Positions 56,164-64,000 of a stretch of 64,000 nt of DNA are shown one piece after another (the stretch's first letter is position 1; every line of letters starts with the position of its first letter). Source of the stretch: a virus. Under the pieces are notes generated by a model. That model worked only from the letters and a program-made list of their open reading frames with translations. It ran no database searches and had not been told where the DNA came from. Location of the stretch: IMG/VR virus record IMGVR_UViG_3300020470_001313, positions 1 to 64,000 of that record. The stretch is one strand, 5' to 3'. Position numbers and translations under genes: made by a program.

Positions 56164-57270
56164 TTAATTAGTCCAACGGCTCAGGGCATCAACATAAGCT
56201 CCCATCACGCCTTCTGGTTTGGACTCTTCTACTAGGGGTGCTACATCTTCAACAGGATCAGCAGAAGATTTCACTGCCACTTCCTTGTTTGTGAAGTAAG
56301 ATTCCTTAATAGTTGTGATCTTCTTACGAAAATCATCCTCACTCTCAAACTCAACACCCTCAGAAAGTTCGCTTAGCTTCTCTTTCTGTGTCTCGGAGAG
56401 ACCTAGAGCACACTCGTTCACAATTTCCATTTTAGTAAATTGACCAACCTTCTTATTCAAAGAAATGTTAGCCTCAATTTGCTCGTTGAGTTTTCCTTCC
56501 ATTTCATCTAATTGCTCAACCATTCCGTCTAGGAGATTGAACTTCTCTTCGGGTACACCAACATGGTGTTCCACGAATAGATTCTTGAGACCTGTCATGA
56601 ATGACTCTGCTATCTCGTTTTTAACACCATGCTCAATAGCAAGGGCGTTTTCTTCTGCCCACTGCTTTGCAGCATACGAGATATAGTCGTCAACCTTCTC
56701 GGCCAATTCTGTTTTGATTGCTTCCACTTGTTCGGTAAGTGCAGCTTCAAATGCTTCTGTTAGAGATGCTTTCTCTTTAGTAACGCGAGAATTAACGGCA
56801 GCTTCAAAAATAGTAACTGCTTTGTCTCTAAACTCTTCGCTTAGTTCTTCACCAGCGACAAGAGCGTTAACATCTTCAGTAAAGTCGTACTCGGCTTCAG
56901 GGGTTTCTTCTTGGATCGTTTCGCCATCTTCCTCCTTAGAGTCAAAGATTTTTCCTGAGAGTCCAGCACTTACGTTACCAGATCCTGCATCAGATCCCTT
57001 CGTTTTAATTGAAGAGTCTTTCGTTGCACCTACAGGTGCGGCTGCCTTTGCTCCGAGGTTTTCTGTACCTTCGGGGTTAGACTTGTTATCTGATCCACCG
57101 ATGTCGGAATGTTTCGCACCAGAGGTATCAATTTTTTCACCAGAGGTTGCCCCCTTCTTTATAGCGGCAACACCAGTCGCTGCGTCTTCGTTGACAGCAG
57201 TGTCTGACATTGAAGCCTCAAATTCTGTGTCGCGGGTTTCGGACATTTGTGGTTCTCCTGAGTTCAGCAT
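56164..57270 (-). CDS. g22: Prohead core scaffold gp22
   Basis: ELSEEFRDKAVTIFEAAV, KVDDYISY, IKESYF; late promoter TATAAATA at 57293-57286. Confidence 0.95.
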   Translation of the reverse strand: MLNSGEPQMSETRDTEFEASMSDTAVNEDAATGVAAIKKGATSGEKIDTSGAKHSDIGGSDNKSNPEGTENLGAKAAAPVGATKDSSIKTKGSDAGSGNVSAGLSGKIFDSKEEDGETIQEETPEAEYDFTEDVNALVAGEELSEEFRDKAVTIFEAAVNSRVTKEKASLTEAFEAALTEQVEAIKTELAEKVDDYISYAAKQWAEENALAIEHGVKNEIAESFMTGLKNLFVEHHVGVPEEKFNLLDGMVEQLDEMEGKLNEQIEANISLNKKVGQFTKMEIVNECALGLSETQKEKLSELSEGVEFESEDDFRKKITTIKESYFTNKEVAVKSSADPVEDVAPLVEESKPEGVMGAYVDALSRWTN

Positions 57271-57295
57271 TTGCTTTTCTAAGATTATTTATACT

Positions 57296-57943
57296 TTATA
57301 ATGTTTGTAAAAAGGATTTGAACGCGGAAATTTTGCGTTCTTGGATGTTTACGAGAGTAGCTTGATCAAGTTCTTTCTTAATTTCAGCTATCTTGGACTC
57401 TTTAATGACTCCGTTATCCCACACCCACTCTTTACCTTCCATGATTCCATCCACAAATGCGTCTGGAGCTGATGGATCTGCTACAATATCAGCAGCGGTT
57501 GCCAACATGAAGTCATCTTGTATGATGTTCATGTTATTTTCTCTACGGATGGATCCCATACCGCGAGATGATACACCTAGTTTCACTCCTTCATCAAGTA
57601 GATTTTTAGCGATAGATCCCATTGGTGTATCCATGATCTTCGCTCTACCAATGAAGTTGTCTCCTTCTTGCTTAAGAGAATTGATCTTGTGTGACACACG
57701 ATCTAAGTTGATGGAAGGACCATCAGGGTGACCGAGTTCTCCAAGAGCTCTTCCTTTAGTAATAAAAGACTCCTCATATTTAGCAACTTCCCTACCAAGG
57801 GTTTCAATAGGATAAAATCTCCCGTTGCGATTCTTGATGTTACCTTGCAAGAAGACACCCTCAATGTAGTGTGCTTTCTTACCGTTTTTTTCTTCGGTAA
57901 TAAATTCTACCTGATTGATTTCTTCAGCTATTAGCTTCATCAT
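57296..57943 (-). CDS. g21: Prohead protease gp21
   Basis: NRNGRFYP, ALGELGHP, GVSSRGMGS, DIVADPSAPDA. Confidence 0.98.
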   Translation of the reverse strand: MMKLIAEEINQVEFITEEKNGKKAHYIEGVFLQGNIKNRNGRFYPIETLGREVAKYEESFITKGRALGELGHPDGPSINLDRVSHKINSLKQEGDNFIGRAKIMDTPMGSIAKNLLDEGVKLGVSSRGMGSIRRENNMNIIQDDFMLATAADIVADPSAPDAFVDGIMEGKEWVWDNGVIKESKIAEIKKELDQATLVNIQERKISAFKSFLQTL

Positions 57944-58289
57944 TCGTCTCCTCTTCTGGGGTAGTTTCTGTTTCAACAGATGCTTCTGGTTCTACACTTG
58001 AAGGTGTTCCAGGAGCTTCATCCTCTGGTGGTTCATGGGGTTGACGTTCGCCAGGATCATAATCCTTTGCTTGGTTAGTCCCATCTGGCAGAGTAGCACT
58101 AAGTTCATCAGCAGCAGCTTGTCCAGTTTGTGATTGGTCGTAACCCCACTTCTGTGCCCAGTCTGCTTTAGTTGCTTGAACTAAATCATAAGATGCTGCG
58201 GATAAACCTGTCTTAGTTTGATCTAAGGCAGCTACTTTATCATCAGCGAAAATCTTATTCACGATGTCAGTTGCTATTTCTGATGCCAT
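57924..58289 (-). CDS. Prohead core protein (gp67/68-like position)
   Basis: Acidic 121-aa ORF between g20 and g21. Confidence 0.7.
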   Translation of the reverse strand: MASEIATDIVNKIFADDKVAALDQTKTGLSAASYDLVQATKADWAQKWGYDQSQTGQAAADELSATLPDGTNQAKDYDPGERQPHEPPEDEAPGTPSSVEPEASVETETTPEEETNDEANS

Positions 58290-58314
58290 AATATGTATCT
58301 ATGTATAGTACTAT

Positions 58315-59940
58315 TTAGAAAGTTCCGCGCTTCGCATCCTCAGCACTAAGATCTTTATCGTTAAATAACGGTTTTTGTTCTTGTGCAGGTGCTCCTCCAG
58401 CAGCGGGATCCATCCCTCCACCAGCAGCGGCCATCATTGCTTCTTCAGCAGGATCTACGATCTTACCTTCTGCCATTTCACTCTCAATCTGTTTATCTAT
58501 TTCTTTTATTTCTACGTCAGTCTGCTTAAGAACCTGACGACGTACGTAATCTATTGAGAAGTATTTGCCTACGAATGGATCAATTACATTAACTAGATTC
58601 ATTCTTTCATTGCGGATTTCAGTCTCCTTCAGTTCGTTGAAGTAACTGTCAGCAATGTAATCAATCTGGATGTTCTCCTTCATATCATCCCATTCTTCAA
58701 TGGAGATAATACCTTTAAGAATCAACTGAGTCTTCAGAAGATCAAGGAATAGTTCACCAAATCTCTTACGTAGACGTGCAATGAATTTTTGGAATTTAAC
58801 TTCGTCTCGTGTTATCTCTGCTGCGCGACCAATGTTAAATGTAGTTTCTGTCTCTAGTCTGGAGGTTGGGACGTTGAGTGCTTTGTAGAGTTTCTTTTGG
58901 AAGTACTTGACATCCTCAAGTTCGCCAAGATTTTGACCACCAGGGAGAGTAGTAATCTCCGTTCCTCTACCACCTTCACGGCGAGGTAACCAAAAATCTT
59001 CAAGCATTGACATAAACTTCTTATCGTCTCGTATCTCACCTGTAGCCGCGTCATACACCAGCTTATTGCGATATCTACCCATAACCTCACGGAGATATTG
59101 CTCTGCTTTTTGCTTAGGTAAGTTACCCACATCAATGTAGAAAATTCTACGCTCTGGGGCACGAGATAAACGATAGATGACAAGGGAATCCTCAATCATG
59201 CGGAGTTGGTTTACCGCTTTGATTGCCTTATGTAGGTGAGACAGTACCATGTTCTTATTAAGATCCATGATACCTGAGTGAACATAAGTAACAGAATCAG
59301 GAGAAATCTTCAGTCCTTGATTACCTGTTTGCTTAAGTCCTTTAGGATTGTATAGGAAATAGTCTACTTGTTTCTGAGTTAGAGCATCATTTAATTCTAC
59401 TGGTCCACCAGAACGTACTTTCTGACTACCATCTATCTCAGTAACCTTTCTAATCTTGCGAGGGTCAATATATCTAATGTCAACCAGACCCTTCTTTGGT
59501 TGCTTAGGATCAATTACCTTATGATAAAAAAGTCTTCCGTCCACATACCAGCGGCGAAAGATCTCGTAACTTCTATTGTCAAAATCTAAAAGTCTTAGAA
59601 TCGTATCAAACTCTTCTCTAATTAACTTCTTGATTTTTTCTGATTGCTTTAAATTTGATAGTTCAACTGCTACTGGTACTGCATCAAAGTTCCCACATAT
59701 TGTTTCATTAACCACATCATCTACAGCAGAGTCACACTCTGGTTGTAGAATCATATCACGATAACGTCCAATTAACTCATATTCATTACGAACAGTCCCA
59801 TCTATATCTACAGTATATCCAAAGTGAGACCCACCTACGACGGGATAAGATCCATCTAGGTTGTCTTTCTGCACGAAAGAAGGCCCCTTTGGAGCCTTCT
59901 TCGCTCTTTCTATGGAAAAACCGAATAGTTGTGACATCAC
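58315..59940 (-). CDS. g20: Portal vertex protein gp20
   Basis: RRWYVDGR, YRLSRAPERRIFYIDVGNLP, EDFWLPRREGGRGTEI. Confidence 0.99.
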   Translation of the reverse strand: MMSQLFGFSIERAKKAPKGPSFVQKDNLDGSYPVVGGSHFGYTVDIDGTVRNEYELIGRYRDMILQPECDSAVDDVVNETICGNFDAVPVAVELSNLKQSEKIKKLIREEFDTILRLLDFDNRSYEIFRRWYVDGRLFYHKVIDPKQPKKGLVDIRYIDPRKIRKVTEIDGSQKVRSGGPVELNDALTQKQVDYFLYNPKGLKQTGNQGLKISPDSVTYVHSGIMDLNKNMVLSHLHKAIKAVNQLRMIEDSLVIYRLSRAPERRIFYIDVGNLPKQKAEQYLREVMGRYRNKLVYDAATGEIRDDKKFMSMLEDFWLPRREGGRGTEITTLPGGQNLGELEDVKYFQKKLYKALNVPTSRLETETTFNIGRAAEITRDEVKFQKFIARLRKRFGELFLDLLKTQLILKGIISIEEWDDMKENIQIDYIADSYFNELKETEIRNERMNLVNVIDPFVGKYFSIDYVRRQVLKQTDVEIKEIDKQIESEMAEGKIVDPAEEAMMAAAGGGMDPAAGGAPAQEQKPLFNDKDLSAEDAKRGTF

Positions 59941-59986
59941 TTATGCTCTATTATGTAAGTATTTAGGTACTTACGCAGACCCTATT

Positions 59987-60577
59987 TTAGGCGACTACGC
60001 CATCAGGGATTGCTTGCCAGTACTGAACCTGAAGTTCCACAGTGAATTCTTCAACAGCATCGTTGCTTCCGAAATCCAAGTCAATCGCCGAAACGTTACT
60101 TGGGAATACATCTGTAAACTTATAGGATCTCAAAATGCTTGCCTTCTCTCCAGAAGATGCATCGCGAGATAGTTGGTGAACAAACATATCTGCAAAATAT
60201 CCTGTAGCATCAGACTCATCGCCAAGTCCAGAGACCTGTGTGATGTTTTCATTAGCGGCTTGAATCTTCTCTACCCATACCTCAAATGCATTGCGGAGTG
60301 CGAACTTACTGTCATTCATAACAGTAATTGTCCAAGGTTCAAAAGTTCTGTCTCCAGCAATCTTAAGAACACGTCCTCTAAAAGGAACCTCAACGATACC
60401 CATCTGCGAGGAAGGTAAGTTCGCTGCGCGAACAGTGTACTTACCTAACTGCTGTAAACCAGTACCGTTTGCAATCACCTGAGAAGGGAAGGCAAGATCA
60501 ATCTGAAACAGATTGGGTCTCGCAAAATCCGAAACTACGCTTGACTTAAACGAGTCAATAGTGCCTCTTACTGCCAT
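59987..60577 (-). CDS. g19: Tail tube protein gp19
   Basis: ARPNLF, VPFRGRVLKIAGDRTFEPWTITV, EEFTVELQVQYW. Confidence 0.98.
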   Translation of the reverse strand: MAVRGTIDSFKSSVVSDFARPNLFQIDLAFPSQVIANGTGLQQLGKYTVRAANLPSSQMGIVEVPFRGRVLKIAGDRTFEPWTITVMNDSKFALRNAFEVWVEKIQAANENITQVSGLGDESDATGYFADMFVHQLSRDASSGEKASILRSYKFTDVFPSNVSAIDLDFGSNDAVEEFTVELQVQYWQAIPDGVVA

Positions 60578-60610
60578 TTTCTCTTTCTCCTGATGTTATT
60601 ATTATTTAGA

Positions 60611-63013
60611 CTAAGAAGCAATTTCAGAGAAGGCTACGCCTGTTCTGGTTGCTGTGAAGGTCAATGTAATGTAGTTGATAGTACGTGTTGGCTTAACGTA
60701 TATCTCAGCGTAGAACTCGCCACGATCAACAGAATCAGGAGGGTTATTCTCTTCATCACACTTAACCAAGAAATCGGTGACCCCACGACGGCCTTGGACA
60801 TCGCGTAGATAAGGTTCAACGATATTACGGAAGAGCGACCTTGAAGTCTCATCGTTCTGCTCAAAGAGTTGTTGCTTTGCAGCACTACTTATAACTCTTT
60901 CCATTGTAAGGAAGAGACGGCGAACGTTAATTCTGTCAAAGGCAGACTGATAACCAAGTGCAGTCTTATCACCGAATAGGATAATACCTTGTCCAGGGAA
61001 GGAGACTATTGGGTTAACTCTTTCTGCGTACAACTTATCGCGTTGATCTTTGTTAGGAGAGTAAGCAAGTTTAATTGCATTACGTAGAACACCACGAGAG
61101 AAACCAGCAGGTGAATACCAAGGATCTTGGTTAATACCTGTTTCTAGGCAGAGTCCAGCAGTGTCTCCATTGCAAGGAATGTAACGATAAACATCATTAT
61201 ACTTGTCATAGACGTACTTGTAACCTGCGTCTAGAACAGCATAAGATGTAGAACCAATCTTATTAAAGTATGTTAAAATACGCTCTGTGATTATATCAGC
61301 ATTAGATTGACCTACGATGTCAGTTCTCTGTGGAGAGAAGAATGCTAGGCAATCCTTACGTGTGTTAACGATGTTAAGAATGGCATTAGCTTTGGCAACA
61401 GCAGCGTCAGTAGTATCACCTTGAGGACCACTAAGGATATAATCAACTTGTAGTGATTCCGCATCGGATACTAGATTGTATGCTGTACTAAAGTTTGCTG
61501 AAGTATTAGAATAATCATCTACACCACCAGCGAATTGATACTGAAGTGAAGAACCTTCAAATCCACCTACATGCTCACGTCCACTTGGTTCTGAAATAAC
61601 AGGACCAGCAGATTGAATTAGGTTGAATGAACGGTTTGCAGCAGCATTACCCCAATCACCTGTTGAAGCAGCAGCACCTACTGTAAATGTATCAGAAGGA
61701 TGACTACCCCAATAGATGTAAGCAGAAGTCTGCTTAAGAACATTACCGTAGTAGTTGTTCTCTCCAACTGTACTCTTAGCATCAGTTGCTTTAGATACTG
61801 AGATGAACTTCTCTAGAAGTGTATTAGGTGTTCCACTTAGAGCACCATCACCATCAAGAACGATGACATGAAGCTCGTCACGATATCCACCTTTGTCTTG
61901 AACATAGAGTGAAGTGCCTGGACGTGGTGCAATAGATACCCACTTTTTACCAGGAAGATACTCACGCTCAGGATACTCATCTCTTACTGCACTGATAGTA
62001 GCAGTAGCAGAGTTGTCATCTGTAATTGTATTCGTTGCAGCGAATGATGCAGAATCTTTATCTAGTACAACCTGCAACTCACGAGTAACAGTATCAATAG
62101 AACCTGTAACAGTACCCTGTGTCAATACCATTGTGTTATCAATGATACCAGTAATACCAGCACCAGGAATTGCAATCTCAGCAATACGATCTGTTGGATT
62201 CCATGCAAGAATACTAACTGTCTGAGGTGAACCACCAATTTCAATAGTGGAAGCAGTTACTGTACCTTCAAATGCCCAAACAACAGCACCGTCAGTAACA
62301 TTACCAGACGTATGGGTAGGAGCAGTAGCACCAGCAGTGCCAGCATTTTGAGCAACGTATGACTTACCACCGTTACTAACTCTAGCGTACTGACTATAGT
62401 ATGAACCTTGTGACCATGCATCATGAACAGCAGGAGTGAAATCACCGTTTACATCAGTTTCAATCTGAAGTTTGATTGTATAGCGGAAAACCTTACCAGA
62501 TTTACCACCATTTGAAATACCAGCACCTTTAACGAATTCGTATTCGTTACCTGAGCTTGGAGCTGTAATAGTTGCGATCTGGTCTGCACCAGCATCTGTT
62601 AAAAATACTCTTAATGAGTTTCCGTATTCACCTGGAGTTTGTGTTCCTAACCTCCAGTTGTTTGTTTGACCAGTCTCATATGTGGTCTCGTAGTCTTGTA
62701 AATTCTTGATCTTAACAGAAGCAGCATTGCTTACCGCATTTTTCAAGTTTGTTGCATCTGCACGGATGGTCTTTAGTGTACCTCCGTAGCTTAAGAATTG
62801 AGCGGCTGTGAACCAGAACTCATAATTACTGTCGTTTGGTTTGCCGTAGGTGGAGATCAGAGTCCTTTCGTTGTTTACATCAACGATTTGCTCTACTGGA
62901 CCTCGCTCAAATGGGGCAGCAATCGCACCAATATTAGCCAGTGATACTGTGCTAACGGTAGTGAAGTCGCGCTCCCTAATAACAACACCTGGCGATAATT
63001 GTGACGCTGCCAT
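60611..63013 (-). CDS. g18: Tail sheath protein gp18
   Basis: SPGVVIRERD, PWYSPAG, GDKT, FDRINVRRLF, KPTRTINYI; late promoter TATAAATA at 63064-63057. Confidence 0.99.
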   Translation of the reverse strand: MAASQLSPGVVIRERDFTTVSTVSLANIGAIAAPFERGPVEQIVDVNNERTLISTYGKPNDSNYEFWFTAAQFLSYGGTLKTIRADATNLKNAVSNAASVKIKNLQDYETTYETGQTNNWRLGTQTPGEYGNSLRVFLTDAGADQIATITAPSSGNEYEFVKGAGISNGGKSGKVFRYTIKLQIETDVNGDFTPAVHDAWSQGSYYSQYARVSNGGKSYVAQNAGTAGATAPTHTSGNVTDGAVVWAFEGTVTASTIEIGGSPQTVSILAWNPTDRIAEIAIPGAGITGIIDNTMVLTQGTVTGSIDTVTRELQVVLDKDSASFAATNTITDDNSATATISAVRDEYPEREYLPGKKWVSIAPRPGTSLYVQDKGGYRDELHVIVLDGDGALSGTPNTLLEKFISVSKATDAKSTVGENNYYGNVLKQTSAYIYWGSHPSDTFTVGAAASTGDWGNAAANRSFNLIQSAGPVISEPSGREHVGGFEGSSLQYQFAGGVDDYSNTSANFSTAYNLVSDAESLQVDYILSGPQGDTTDAAVAKANAILNIVNTRKDCLAFFSPQRTDIVGQSNADIITERILTYFNKIGSTSYAVLDAGYKYVYDKYNDVYRYIPCNGDTAGLCLETGINQDPWYSPAGFSRGVLRNAIKLAYSPNKDQRDKLYAERVNPIVSFPGQGIILFGDKTALGYQSAFDRINVRRLFLTMERVISSAAKQQLFEQNDETSRSLFRNIVEPYLRDVQGRRGVTDFLVKCDEENNPPDSVDRGEFYAEIYVKPTRTINYITLTFTATRTGVAFSEIAS

Positions 63014-63082
63014 GTGATAACTCCTTATAAAGAATACTATATCAGTTTTCTGAAATTATTTATAATTTTCAAGTGCTGAGAT

Positions 63083-64000
63083 TCAGCGATACTCCCACAT
63101 ATACGCACGATCTCCGTACTCATCGGTGTGCCAAACGTCTCCATCCGCATCAACGAATGTATCTTCCGCAAGATGATCATCAATAAATCCGAAGGGTGCC
63201 ATATCCTGTTCTATATTTTCTTTCTGATCATCATATATTCTTTGACGGACATCATTGTCATTCATTTCTCTGAAGTATGGTTGTAATGCCAACCATGCAA
63301 ATATAACCAGAGTCATCGCTAGATCATCATTACATCCATCCTCTGCCTCAAAAGATTTACCCTTTTGAATGAACGTAGTAAGTTCTGATATTATGTCGTA
63401 GTCTGAGATTAAGAGTTTATCTTCTTCTATTAATGCTTTTAAATTAGAGCATCCAATCTGTTTAACAGTGGTACTCATCTTAACACCCATCTGGGTTTTT
63501 GTTCCTGAAAATCCTTGTCCTACTACCTGACCTGCTCTACCTCTCATAGATGCCATAAGAAGATTATCATACTCCAAATCAAAATGTATAATGTCAGCAA
63601 CCTGTCCACCAACATCATTTACTTCACATAGAACAAAAGCATGATTATAATTTGAAGCAGTCTGAACTATAATATTAGGAAATAATAAAGGTTTTATAGT
63701 ATTGCTTCTATACTTAGCAACAAGTTTATATGGGAACGTGGTTGTATCTATAACTGTGAATGCAGAATAGTCAGCAGACACACCTCTAGCCACATCACAT
63801 GCTATAACATATTGATGATCTTTAATTGCTTCTTCATATATATCCAGACCAGCATTTGATTTAACAGCATCATCATATGCTAAAACTTTTAACTTACTTG
63901 GTGAGATGAGAGTGTCAACAGATCCTAAGAACTCACACTCAAACTCAACTTTGAACTGTTGTTCAGATGTATTAGCAATAGTCTGGGCTTTCCATTTATC
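63083..64000 (-). CDS. g17: Terminase large subunit gp17, C-terminal nuclease part (extends past window end)
   Basis: Frame open to window end: QQFKVEFECEFLGS...YVIACDVARGVSADYSAF...DDLAM. Confidence 0.97.
   Translation of the reverse strand, partial: DKWKAQTIANTSEQQFKVEFECEFLGSVDTLISPSKLKVLAYDDAVKSNAGLDIYEEAIKDHQYVIACDVARGVSADYSAFTVIDTTTFPYKLVAKYRSNTIKPLLFPNIIVQTASNYNHAFVLCEVNDVGGQVADIIHFDLEYDNLLMASMRGRAGQVVGQGFSGTKTQMGVKMSTTVKQIGCSNLKALIEEDKLLISDYDIISELTTFIQKGKSFEAEDGCNDDLAMTLVIFAWLALQPYFREMNDNDVRQRIYDDQKENIEQDMAPFGFIDDHLAEDTFVDADGDVWHTDEYGDRAYMWEYR

Noticed and set aside
56714-57301. 195-aa plus-strand ORF
   Set aside because: Ser-rich antisense mirror of acidic gp22; no promoter or RBS support

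Overview
A 64-kb core segment of a T4-like cyanomyovirus, most likely a Prochlorococcus phage (AT-rich, Prochlorococcus-type D1 N-terminus, hli cluster, ho1/pebS/pcyA). Almost all genes are on the minus strand. From the right end: g17 (partial), g18-g23, a carbamoyltransferase, g3, uvsY/uvsW, g55, g47/g46, VWA-peptidase plus CobS-like AAA, g45/g44, dam, g62, regA, pebS-pcyA-purM, a plus-strand secreted-protein operon, hsp20, an outer-membrane beta-barrel, g43, uvsX, g41, mazG, internal head proteins, g61, nrdA/nrdB, talC, ho1, several 2OG-Fe(II) oxygenases, an hli/micro-peptide cluster and psbA (partial). The most striking items come from reading the non-coding DNA. (1) A catalytic-core-only Asn/Asp-tRNA-synthetase paralog is followed 8 nt later by an abnormal long-variable-arm tRNA with a GUU anticodon, a possible dedicated enzyme/tRNA pair. 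(2) A tandem glutamine (glnA-type) riboswitch has an entire 52-codon ORF inside the P2 loop of its second aptamer and sits upstream of a DUF4278 peptide. (3) Several other candidate structured RNAs are present: a psbA leader, a stand-alone late sRNA, a ROSE-like thermometer and an OMP attenuator. There is also a near-consensus antisense promoter back-to-back with the g55 promoter. All calls are from motif recognition by eye; no database searches or folding programs were run.
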